Source: a virus | Lineage: Duplodnaviria > Caudoviricetes | DNA length: 64,000 nucleotides | Virus record (IMG/VR): IMGVR_UViG_3300030433_002269 | Coordinates: 18,715-82,714 of that record | Direction: 5' to 3' (one strand) | Part shown: positions 29,069 through 38,700 of the stretch, one piece after another | Layout: every line of letters begins with the position of its first letter | How positions within the stretch are numbered: position 1 is the stretch's first letter | Program-made: the position numbers and the translations under genes | The notes under the pieces: model-generated | Databases searched by the model: none | The model's input: only the letters and a program-made list of their open reading frames with translations | What the model was told of the DNA's origin: nothing

Positions 29069-31849
29069 CTATTGATACATCCTAGTCAAAACAGCCTTCA
29101 ACATTTCATCACCATTGTATGGGTTGTAAAGGCCCATAGACTGCTGGATTGTATCATCTTCCCTTGGTGGTGCTGGTGGCTTATCAGCCATTGGAATAAG
29201 TGGGACATCAGGTGCACCTGCTACTGGGGCGGCGGCACCTCCGAATTCTGGTAACGGCATATCGCCCCTTGGTACTTCATCTACAGGAATGTGCTCAGCA
29301 CTTTCTTCAGGAGCATCTTCTTCCTCTGGCTCTGCTGGAGCCTCAGTCATCATAGGAATTTCCTCTGCTGCTGGTGCTTCTGCCTCTTGCTTTTCTGGAG
29401 TAATAGTTGCATCCTCAGTCAGAGGAGTAGGTTGCGATTTAGGAGCCTCGCCGTGAGCAGGGACATTAGTGTAGTCTGAAGTAGTAGCGGCCTGTAAAGC
29501 AGCCATTTCTTCTTCACTGATTGCTAGTGGGTCCTCGTCTATCATACCCATTCGCTCTAACACTTCATCACGAGTTGCACCCCAGTCTTCCGCTGGGATA
29601 ATACCCATAGGGTCTAATGGAACTTTTTCTTTGTAGTCGGGTTCTGGAGGGTCTAGTGTTTGTACTGCTGGACTTGTTTCGAATGCTTCTGGAACAGAAT
29701 ACTTCTCTTCGGCCTCGTTCTCTGCTCTTATATCTTCAACTGCTTGGTCAGGATTAATTCCTAGTTTTAACTTACCCGCAAATCGAGATGCAAAGGAGTC
29801 TTCTCCAGTATCACCAGCATCATATTGCATACCTGCTTTACGGGCCCAAACTTCCAGTTTCTTACGAGTTCTCTCTCTTTCTGATATTTCTGGAGTAATA
29901 GCGTCGATTGCGGCTTGCCTAGCCTGCTGTGCAGATAGACCTGCTTTACCTTGGCTTTCCATCTGTGCCCTCAGTGCAGCAAGTTCGTTAGCACGGGCTT
30001 GAGTAGCACCTCTGTTGTGAGTCAAACCAAATCTTCCTAACTGATTATCTTCAATTCGCTTATCGATATCTGCCAGTAACTTTTGAGCCTCGCCCACCTC
30101 TATTTCACCAGCCTCAAGTCTAGCGTTAACATCTTCACGCTCTTGCAAGGCCTCACCGTGTTGTCGGACATTTTCTTTGATTTCTTCAGCAAGAAGTTCA
30201 GTAACAAGTCTTTTCTCCCTTGCCTTCTGCTCTTGGACTGCTCTCTTACCTTCTTCGGTAAGTTGACGGGTGCCGCCTCTACCAGAGCCAGTTACGGCTG
30301 CTGCCCTAAGCCTGCGTTCCATCTCTTTCTTTCGCTCTGCAGCCTTCCCTGCCCTTCTAGTAGCCTGTTCACCAGAAGTCATTGTAGTCTCTTTAACGCC
30401 ACCAGATGGTAGCCTGCGCCTAATCTTCTTCTCCTCTTCAGTCAAAGAAGTCGGCATGTCGGCAGCCTGAGATAGAGAGCGATATCGTTCATCGATTTCT
30501 CCTGTCTCAGGGTCCCAGCCTTCGCCTCTCTTAGGTGCAGTAGACCTGATATTAATTTCAGGAACCATCTCAAACATAGGCTTTCCAGTTTCTGGGTCAA
30601 TCTTTTGCTCGCCAGTTGCTGGGTCAAGGATTGGGTCTCCTTGCACTAGATTGGTCGTACCTTGCTCTGTCTTAGGGTCTCCGCCTCCGACTTGTCTACC
30701 AAACTTAACACGAGTGCCACCTCTAATCTTCTGAGAGGCTTTTCCTTCATACGCAATATCCCTTGCCGTATTCCAATCTTTATCATACATTTGCCTTGCA
30801 AGGTCAATGGCACTGATTACATTACCCTCTTCGTCATGATACATCTCAGGGTGTTCTACTAATTCGTCCAATTGACGACCTAGTCTTTCATCACGGCGCT
30901 GGACCTTAACTTGCCTCTTTTGCGCAAGGGCCTCGTTAATTGCATCGATTTGTGCTTGACCTTCTTCTGGAGTAATTTCTTTAGACTTTACCTTTTCACG
31001 AATAGCCTCACGCTCTGCTTTGGCCTGTGCTCTATGTCCGGGTTTGCGCTCTGGCTCTGCTGGAGGTGCACTAGGCCTTGCTGTTCCGGCCCTGAGAGAA
31101 GCCATCGCTGACTCCATAACAGATTTCTGCTGGTCAGGAGTCATATTCATAGTAGCACGCCTGAGCATATAGTTCAGTAATTGCTCCCTTTCTCCTTCTT
31201 CAGGAGGATGGCCTGCTGCTCTACGCTGTGCTAACCTCTCTTCGACCCGAGGGCTAATGACTTCATCGACCCAAGCATCATATATTGCATTATTAGCCAT
31301 ATTATGGCCGTAAAGTTGATTCAATTCTTCAGCGAATCCGAATTGAGATAACAATCGCTGAGCAGCCATTTGTTGCTCTTTATTAGCACCTGCGGTTTCT
31401 CCGCCTTCTTTCTTATGTTCCCCAAGCATCATTTCTGCTCGTTGTCTAGCCAAAGATTCATGCTTGGAGTCTTTTGGTTGATGTCGAACGGATGTTAGTT
31501 CGGTATACTTTTCTGGTTCAATTCCCAATGGTTCGGCTGGAGTCACTGAAGGTGCAGGTTCGGGAGAAGGTGTAGGTTTAAATTGAGGAACAGAGCCTGC
31601 TTCTCTAGTAGGCCCTATGTCTCTGGGATTTACCTTTTGTTGTGAAACAAACTTTTCGTCTGGTTGTTCCCCTTCCTTTAGGCCCGATAAATGCTCTTGT
31701 CGCCTTTGTGATACTAAACTACGAAGTCTGTTACCTTCAGTTTGCTCAGCAAGCAATCTATCTCTATCGTCTTTACGCTTCTTAGCACCAGATGAAATGA
31801 CTTTAGTTCTTTTCGGTTCCTTAGCCTTTAGGATTCTGATGCGAGCCAT
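29069..31849 (-). CDS. Charged coiled-coil/low-complexity protein (926 aa), possible internal/ejection protein
   Basis: E/R/K/A-rich helices; acidic Pro-rich C-terminus; ILKA and MLKA at the ends. Confidence 0.6.
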   Translation of the reverse strand: MARIRILKAKEPKRTKVISSGAKKRKDDRDRLLAEQTEGNRLRSLVSQRRQEHLSGLKEGEQPDEKFVSQQKVNPRDIGPTREAGSVPQFKPTPSPEPAPSVTPAEPLGIEPEKYTELTSVRHQPKDSKHESLARQRAEMMLGEHKKEGGETAGANKEQQMAAQRLLSQFGFAEELNQLYGHNMANNAIYDAWVDEVISPRVEERLAQRRAAGHPPEEGEREQLLNYMLRRATMNMTPDQQKSVMESAMASLRAGTARPSAPPAEPERKPGHRAQAKAEREAIREKVKSKEITPEEGQAQIDAINEALAQKRQVKVQRRDERLGRQLDELVEHPEMYHDEEGNVISAIDLARQMYDKDWNTARDIAYEGKASQKIRGGTRVKFGRQVGGGDPKTEQGTTNLVQGDPILDPATGEQKIDPETGKPMFEMVPEINIRSTAPKRGEGWDPETGEIDERYRSLSQAADMPTSLTEEEKKIRRRLPSGGVKETTMTSGEQATRRAGKAAERKKEMERRLRAAAVTGSGRGGTRQLTEEGKRAVQEQKAREKRLVTELLAEEIKENVRQHGEALQEREDVNARLEAGEIEVGEAQKLLADIDKRIEDNQLGRFGLTHNRGATQARANELAALRAQMESQGKAGLSAQQARQAAIDAITPEISERERTRKKLEVWARKAGMQYDAGDTGEDSFASRFAGKLKLGINPDQAVEDIRAENEAEEKYSVPEAFETSPAVQTLDPPEPDYKEKVPLDPMGIIPAEDWGATRDEVLERMGMIDEDPLAISEEEMAALQAATTSDYTNVPAHGEAPKSQPTPLTEDATITPEKQEAEAPAAEEIPMMTEAPAEPEEEDAPEESAEHIPVDEVPRGDMPLPEFGGAAAPVAGAPDVPLIPMADKPPAPPREDDTIQQSMGLYNPYNGDEMLKAVLTRMYQ

Positions 31850-32136
31850 TAGTCTTGCCTCCTACTGAGATTGTATTCCATTTGTCGTCCACAAGTTCTG
31901 CAGTTGTCTACCCAACAAAAGTAGAGCATACCACAATGTTTGCATCGAGTGCCAGACCCGATGTTAACAACATCACCGACTGTGGACTTGTGACGGTTGC
32001 GTTGTTTGAGTGTGATGCCTTGGAGCGGATTGTTCTCGTTTAATACGGAACCTGCCCCATAGGACTCGGCTAATCGAACTCCTCTCTTCTGAAGGCGTTC
32101 GATGTCATCCAAACCGAGATTAGAGTTAGACTTCAT
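31849..32136 (-). CDS. Zinc-ribbon protein (95 aa)
   Basis: CKHC..CWVDNCRTCG; SD GAGGTGT. Confidence 0.65.
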   Translation of the reverse strand: MKSNSNLGLDDIERLQKRGVRLAESYGAGSVLNENNPLQGITLKQRNRHKSTVGDVVNIGSGTRCKHCGMLYFCWVDNCRTCGRQMEYNLSRRQD

Positions 32137-32145
32137 CTATACACC

Positions 32146-32301
32146 TCAGGATGTGAATACGGTATAGACACTGAGTCCTCTAACGATTTGGTGGGTAACT
32201 GTGATAACAGTCTTACCTGACATGTATGTGTCAAGTTCACTTTCTATGTTCGCTTGAGTCTCCGCCGGGGCAAACTCAAACACCTTTGCTGCATTGGCCA
32301 T
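32146..32301 (-). CDS. Small protein missing from the ORF track (51 aa, MANAAKVFEFAPAETQ...)
   Basis: Translated by hand; SD AGGTGA; TTTATATT about 25 nt upstream; fills the intergenic gap. Confidence 0.65.
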   Translation of the reverse strand: MANAAKVFEFAPAETQANIESELDTYMSGKTVITVTHQIVRGLSVYTVFTS

Positions 32302-32334
32302 GGTTAGTCACCTAGTATCTTGAATATAAATTGT

Positions 32335-32389
32335 GGGGAGCCTCCCCGAAGGCCGAAGCCCTCGAAGAGGCCAAATCGAGCAATGCTCG
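32335..32389 (-). terminator. Cluster of short GC-rich hairpins with UUCG loops after the capsid operon
   Basis: Minus strand CGAGC-AUU-GCUCG, CCUC-UUC-GAGG, GGC-UUCG-GCC, CC-UUCG-GG, GGGGA-GGC-UCCCC. Confidence 0.45.
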
Positions 32390-32419
32390 TATTCATTACT
32401 GCTGAGATATTATCTATCT

Positions 32420-32692
32420 TCAAGAGCGTGGGCCCATTACTGCCCATGTACCGCCTTCGCCTACTTCTACTGCAAGGAACTTAACTGTTGTTCCATCGAT
32501 AGTGAAATCAATTAAGCCTGTAGCAGCAGGATGACTCGCAAGTACATTGGCAAGTTTGATTTCTGCTAATAGTGCAGACAAATCCAAATCGCCAGTCGGT
32601 GTAGCCGCAGCATCATCAGTAAATGTTCCAGTGTACATAATCAGATTACCAACTACTGTTGGTCTTGGGTCAGTTGTAAAAGTTACAGTCAT
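32420..32692 (-). CDS. Putative capsid decoration/head-fibre protein (90 aa)
   Basis: T/A/G-rich beta-type sequence two genes after the capsid gene. Confidence 0.5.
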   Translation of the reverse strand: MTVTFTTDPRPTVVGNLIMYTGTFTDDAAATPTGDLDLSALLAEIKLANVLASHPAATGLIDFTIDGTTVKFLAVEVGEGGTWAVMGPRS

Positions 32693-33090
32693 ATTTCTTC
32701 ATCTCCGTTATTTTCGTCCTCGATTGTCTCGACCTCTTCAGGTTCAGCGACTTCTTCTGCAGAGGGCTCCACAGGGGCCTCCTCGACTGGGGCAGGCTCT
32801 GGGTTCAGAACCTTGCCAACCAGACCGAGAAGGGCACCCTTGGTAGCATACTTGGTTGGGGCAGACCCACGCTCAGCAAGCCAAGCGGTGATGTCTTTCT
32901 TTGTCCAACCAGAATCCGGTAAACCATCTCCGTCGTCGACAGAGCCGACCACGAATGTGGAATACCTTCCCGCATATTCGTCAATCCATTCCTGAGAGAC
33001 TTCGACAGGGCGACCTCGGCGGACTGTGATGCCGAGAGATTCGACAAACACAGACCTGTGAGGCCCACCTACGAGAGTCACCTTAGGCAT
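32689..33090 (-). CDS. Protein with HeH/LEM-like domain (start ATG 33090)
   Basis: GWTKKDITAWLAERG...ATKGALLGLV; SD GAGGTG; common position just after the capsid gene. Confidence 0.55.
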   Translation of the reverse strand: MPKVTLVGGPHRSVFVESLGITVRRGRPVEVSQEWIDEYAGRYSTFVVGSVDDGDGLPDSGWTKKDITAWLAERGSAPTKYATKGALLGLVGKVLNPEPAPVEEAPVEPSAEEVAEPEEVETIEDENNGDEEI

Positions 33091-33101
33091 CCTTGGACAC
33101 C

Positions 33102-34262
33102 TCACTGTAGGTCACGGATACAGCCTTGTGCACCGAAGAAAGTAGCCCATACTTCACCGAGGGTTCGGTATAGTCCTTCCTGACCTAGTCTGTTAATTGC
33201 GAATGGGTCACCAGTCTCAATACCACTTTCGAAGTATTGCGTTGGGATACCAGTGCTAAAGTAGACATAGTCTGTGTCCAAGACATACATTCTGCTTAGT
33301 GTGTCAGTTGCTCCGACTGCTCCAATGTCCTTAGATGGGATGATTGGAACACCGTTGTAGGTTGCTACAATGAATCCAGCCTCAACACCCGGAACACCCT
33401 TTACACCGTTAAAGGTAGGTACTACACGCTTCTCTTCCATGAACCTCTGTTGGCTCTGTAGGAGTTGCTGTAGACGGGTTAGAGTGTCATATCCAGTTAG
33501 GATAACCTTAGGTGAACCACCACGCTTCCAGACACGCTGGAAAACATCGTCTAGTTGGTCTAGTGCTAGAGTGCGGTTAACTGCTGCTGCGCTTCCGTCT
33601 GAACCAGTGTTAGCCTCTGCAGAGTGGAAGTCAGCACTGCCGTCACGAGTGATTCCGTAGATGTCGTGGTCAGTGATTGCGCTCACAGTAGTAGAGGTAG
33701 TGTTCATGGTGTCAGGGTCAGAAGTGATTCTGTCAAGAGATTCTAGGTCATCACCTGCTAATGTGTCAACATCGCCTACTAGCATTCTGTTGATGTGCTC
33801 AGCGTGGTGCTTACCCATTTCTTCTTTCAAGACAGCACGGACATCTCCTAGACCATCATCTTTGTCAGCAAGGAACATTGCAACTTCAGACATGTCGAAG
33901 GTGTGTGCAACGGTCTTTGGCTTGGTGCTAACTTCAAGGAAAGTTGGCTTGATGGTGTCAGGTAGAACGCCGTTCTCTGCAGTGCCACCGCCAGTACCGA
34001 AGGTAGGCTTTGCAGTGACCAAACGCCATCCAGAGCGGTCCCATGGTTTCTTAGGAAGAATGCTAAATGCATTAAATTCCTGATTCAGTTGACTCCATAC
34101 CTTTCGACCGTAGATAGCCTGATAGGTACCGGTAGTTGTGCTTAGCAATGGTGCGTCAGCCTTTAGAAGTTCGCTTCCGCTGTAGGAATATCCCATTGCG
34201 GTGCCTGCTCCGTAGTAGTAGCGCTCCATATCTTGTACAGTTCTCATATAATTTCGTGCCAT
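33102..34262 (-). CDS. Major capsid protein, HK97 fold (386 aa)
   Basis: VSTKPKTVAHTFDMSE, EEMGKHHAEHINRMLVGD, GGSPKVILTG, TYNGVPIIPSKDI; follows the protease. Confidence 0.85.
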   Translation of the reverse strand: MARNYMRTVQDMERYYYGAGTAMGYSYSGSELLKADAPLLSTTTGTYQAIYGRKVWSQLNQEFNAFSILPKKPWDRSGWRLVTAKPTFGTGGGTAENGVLPDTIKPTFLEVSTKPKTVAHTFDMSEVAMFLADKDDGLGDVRAVLKEEMGKHHAEHINRMLVGDVDTLAGDDLESLDRITSDPDTMNTTSTTVSAITDHDIYGITRDGSADFHSAEANTGSDGSAAAVNRTLALDQLDDVFQRVWKRGGSPKVILTGYDTLTRLQQLLQSQQRFMEEKRVVPTFNGVKGVPGVEAGFIVATYNGVPIIPSKDIGAVGATDTLSRMYVLDTDYVYFSTGIPTQYFESGIETGDPFAINRLGQEGLYRTLGEVWATFFGAQGCIRDLQ

Positions 34263-34277
34263 ATTTCATTCCTCCAT

Positions 34278-35681
34278 TTAATTCCATACGCTCCCAGCAA
34301 GGTTGTGGACTTCGTCCCACGACATACTTGCAAGGTCCTCTGTTGATGGAATTTCAACATTGGACTGAGTTTCCGACTTGCGGATAGTGGTGGAGTTGTC
34401 TGGAGATGCTGATGCAATCTCCTCAATTCGTGCCGAGAGAGCCTCTAGGGACTTCTCGATAGTAGACAATGGTGAGCGAGCATCGAATGCTGCTGCTGCC
34501 TTTGCATCTGCTTCTGCAGTTAGTTCCTTTTGTAGGCGCTCTGCGAAGACATCGTTTAGGCTTGACTTGAAGCGTTGCTCCAATGCCGCTGCCTTGTAAA
34601 CTTCGTATCCAGCCTCAATATCTGCTGCTGTTACATCGTTAGGGTTTAGGTAGCCTTTTGCTACTTTGCCCTTAGCGTTCAGTCTTTCCAATGCACCTGC
34701 TGAAGGGTTACCTGCTTCGTGACCGCCACCTGTGGATTGGCCACGGAAGTAAGTTGCTCCGTCTACAGTTTCTGGGTTGTCAAAGCCACCAAGTTGGGCT
34801 TTATTCATCTGGTCGAAGTGCGCACGAGCACCATCTGTGTCAACACCTGCGGATTTGAGAGTACTCTCCATCCAGTTCAGGTAGTCGCTTGAGATAGTAT
34901 CTGCGTATGCACCATCAGCCTTCGCTGCTATGTCAAGGTCTTCGTTCATATCTTCGTCCTCCTGTTCTTCGTCGTCCTCACATTCCTCTTCTTCGTCCAT
35001 GAAGGCCTTTTTAGGGTCTTCAGTGTCTGCTTCTTCCTCTTCAGACTTCAAGACTAATGCCTCTTCATCTGCCTTTTCCAAAGCATCTAGCCTACCATTT
35101 AGGCGGTCTAGGACTCCCGAGAGTTCGGAGAGCGTATCATTTTCGTTGTTCATATTTGTGTCCTCCTTCAAAATTCTGAAGGTTGCTTCAGGGTTGATAC
35201 CCTTTTCACAAATGGTCACTTCATGTAGTTCTAGTTTAGAAATCTCGGTGTAATCACCGTGCTTCTGGTCGGATTTGTTAACACGCTTGAAAGCCTGTCC
35301 TCCGATACTAAAACCAGTTAGGTTACCCTTGCGAATTTCACTGGCAACTTCTCTTGCCTTCTCAATGTCATCTCTCAATTGGATGACTACGAACATACCT
35401 GCGTCATCTACTCCAGATTTCCACAGTCGTCCATCACTGTCAGTGTAAGATGGTATTACTTCACCGACTTGTATATTGGAATGTGCTAGTTGTACATTCC
35501 TGTAGTTTGCTGCTTTCATGAAGTCACCAAATGCATTCTTCAGAGCAGAGCGAGTAATGAGGTCACCTTGCTTGTCTACCATCTCTACAGATGCATATCC
35601 CGCTATAACAAGGTCGTTACTACTCTTTAGGAGAGAGATACCTGCAGGGTTGGATGCCCTGAGTGCTCCAGCAGTAACCAT
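34278..35681 (-). CDS. Prohead protease fused to scaffold (467 aa)
   Basis: IAGYASVEMVDKQGDLI, VQLAHS, GFSIGG, LELHEVTICEKGINPEA (HK97-type protease); acidic helical C-half. Confidence 0.9.
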   Translation of the reverse strand: MVTAGALRASNPAGISLLKSSNDLVIAGYASVEMVDKQGDLITRSALKNAFGDFMKAANYRNVQLAHSNIQVGEVIPSYTDSDGRLWKSGVDDAGMFVVIQLRDDIEKAREVASEIRKGNLTGFSIGGQAFKRVNKSDQKHGDYTEISKLELHEVTICEKGINPEATFRILKEDTNMNNENDTLSELSGVLDRLNGRLDALEKADEEALVLKSEEEEADTEDPKKAFMDEEEECEDDEEQEDEDMNEDLDIAAKADGAYADTISSDYLNWMESTLKSAGVDTDGARAHFDQMNKAQLGGFDNPETVDGATYFRGQSTGGGHEAGNPSAGALERLNAKGKVAKGYLNPNDVTAADIEAGYEVYKAAALEQRFKSSLNDVFAERLQKELTAEADAKAAAAFDARSPLSTIEKSLEALSARIEEIASASPDNSTTIRKSETQSNVEIPSTEDLASMSWDEVHNLAGSVWN

Positions 35682-35704
35682 TGAAGGGTGTTACTTGACT
35701 CATA

Positions 35705-35712
35705 CTATTTAA
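35705..35712 (-). promoter_or_regulatory. TATA box for a leaderless protease-capsid transcript
   Basis: TTAAATAG 24-31 nt upstream of ATG 35681; no SD. Confidence 0.55.
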
Positions 35713-38700
35713 TGAGTTTTGAATGTAGCAGAGTCTTGAGTGACAGTCAATACCCCCTCTGGAGTAGCCACAACACCATGGTCTATAGAGACTGAGTCAT
35801 GCGGTTCTTCCTCTTCTTTTTCGGGGTCTTCTCCGGGTCTATGGCGATTATCGAAGTCTGGCATGGTACTATCGTCACGAAGACTAGTCGGTCCAGTTGG
35901 CGACTCTATAGGAGTTGCATAGTCAATACCAAGTCCTTGTGTACCACTACTTGCATGACCTACTGCACCTACCCCACTTTTGAGGAGTTTCTCTATCAAA
36001 GTAAAGCCCTTTACTAACACTCTACCGTAATCTTTGTCACCCCAGTAATCAGTACCTTTGACTTTCTTAGGCTCAATTAATGGCTTAGCATCACCTTCAG
36101 ATTCATGCACTTCAGCCTTATGTTCATCTTCAGACATCTCAAGGCCTGCTTTGAGCATAACTCCAACCACTGGAGACCAGTAAGGACGCTGACTTTCACT
36201 AAGTCTGATTAGATAGTCGTTATCAGCCCTAGGGCTGTGTATCGCCCAACCTTCGTCGGTAGGAGTAGTGCGATAACTGATGTCACCTACAGAGAATGTA
36301 ATGTTAAGTCTCTCTCCCTTTCTAGTAATTTCGTGAGGCCATATATCACTAGACTTAGAAAGCATACCAAGGGTTTCAGCACTACTGATACCTTCGCCTT
36401 CAGCATCATCTGTGATATCTCCACCATTGATAGTGTATACTTTATGGCCATCAGATTGCTCTGTCTGAGTAACGCTATCTACATTGACTTGAACTATGTC
36501 ACCCTTTTCGTATTTCTTATCAGTGCTGAAAATAGTACCAACATCCATGTAATGCTCCCCATCAAATTCAACTGCCCTATCACCTATTTCTTCAAAGTTG
36601 GTGATTGGGCCAGTCCCTAATTGGTAAGTGTAAGGGCCCTTACCTTTGCAATCTAAAACAATGAGGTTGACATCTGAACCCTTCTCAAGAACTACCCACT
36701 TAGGGTGGCGATGTTCGCCTTTAATGTAAGTAGAATTAGCATCTCTCAATAGTAACCTATCATGCTCCTTTGAAAGATTATTAACAGCAACTTCAAGTCC
36801 AGCGTCGTCAGTTAACCTAGTGTTGTGCGCAGCAGGTAACAATACCTTCTCATGACTTTCCATAGCACCCCTTAGAATCTTCATTCGCTCTATGATGTTC
36901 ATGTCATGCACACCCTTACCGTCATATTCGATAAGGTCCAAAACATGGCACTCATCACCTACACATACAGTATCGATGAGGAAATCCTTCTTACTAATCT
37001 TGAGCAGGGATTCTTTGTTTTCATCAGTAAGTAGTGACTTCTCACCCTTGACAGCAGACCATGACTTAACATCATCACCTTTGCGCTCTACAAAATGGCG
37101 ACTGCCACGAGGCCAAGCAGTTACCATCCAGTCACCAGTGAATCCTCTTAGGTGTTCAAGGTCATCGAGTTCAAAAATTCTATGCATTGGCTGCAAGAAA
37201 GGCATTCCTTCTGCAGACTTGTATAGTATATCTGGGTTAGTTAATGACGCAAGTAGTGTCGGTCCATCTGACATTTGTATTATTGGTCGTATGCTCATGC
37301 TGTGTCCTCCTCGTTGTATTCTAAAGTAAGCGCCTCTGCGTTGTTCATCCATTGTGTCTTCATTATGCGGCCCCATCAAGGGTAATATTTCAGGTAAGAC
37401 TGCACTAACATCTTCTTTAGACCAATTAGGGACAACAATTGACTTTGATTGCGGCAATCTGACAAAGTGATGCGAGCCATCTGAATCAACCGCCACATGT
37501 AAATCTGTATCAAACTTGTGCCCACCGTGCGCACCAAGTCCCTTAGATGAGAAGTGACTGGTAATGCCGTAGCCATTAGGACCACTAGCACCACCCACTG
37601 GAACTTCCCCAAACTTGTAATCGTGATACCGCTTATTCGTTGCTTTATCACCAAAAGGAGCGCTGATTAAATAAGAGCCAAGCCTTTGCTCTTTGAGGTA
37701 TCTTGCGATTTCATCTCTCTCTTCACCTTTAGGCTTAGATGTAACTTGCCTACCTACAGTATGAGTGCTCTCTTTAGGCTTTTCAGGGTCTTTACTATCA
37801 GCATGTACCCAACCTAAACCTAATTGGTTCTGAAGATTCTTTATTCCTTTAGATTCCCTAGCGACATAGTCATGGTTAAACTCACGCACCAAAGTGTCAT
37901 AGTATACTTCCCTGTCCTCATCGGGTAAGCCTTCCAACATTTGATTAATGTTCATAACCCTGAATATATCATTTTTATCAAGGCCAAACCTATCACTAAT
38001 TTTAGTCATATGATTTCTCATTCGCTCAACCAATCTTCGATTATGCTGATATTCCTTTGCTCTTTCTTGACCAGCAGACCACTCCTCTTTGATTTCGTTG
38101 GCTTCTTGCCCTAACTCCATGGCGCGTTCTCGACTAGGTGCTCTGGATATTCTGCGCCTATAATCATTATATTCTCCCTTTAATTCATCCAATTGTTGTA
38201 AAAACATCACATACGGTAAGCCATCTAAAGTGTCCATACCTAACTTAGACATAATTCCTTCCGGTTCCATATCTAGGCTTATGTGGTCACCATTGCCATG
38301 TACAAAGTCCTTAGCAGCGCTATGAATTGCTTGCATATCTTCACTGATAGGGCGGTCAACCATAGTGTGAGAATTACCCATAGTAGTATAACCACTACCA
38401 GTCGGCATACGATTTGCCTTAACTTCGGCCGCTCTGAGAAGACTGAACGCTCTTGCTTTAGATAATTCGATATTAGTAGGGTCAAACAGAGGACCATGCT
38501 GTGCTTCGTAATCCTGTCTCAGTTTGGCAGCGATATCTCTGACAACCATTGCATCATGATGTTGTTTGGTTTTGCGCATTTCATCATGCTTGGAGTCTTT
38601 AGGTATACCGAACTTTTTCATAAATTCCGATTTCATATCTTCCCTGTCTTGCTTCTCTTCCATAAGGGCATGTGCCTTATCCTCGTCACCTTCTTCTTGT

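Noticed and set aside
33370-35253. Plus-strand ORFs opposite the capsid and protease genes
   Set aside because: Antisense artefacts of biased codon usage (Ser-rich mirrors of acidic runs).
36360-37205. Annotation as a functional DNA ligase
   Set aside because: Motif I Lys not found at the aligned position.
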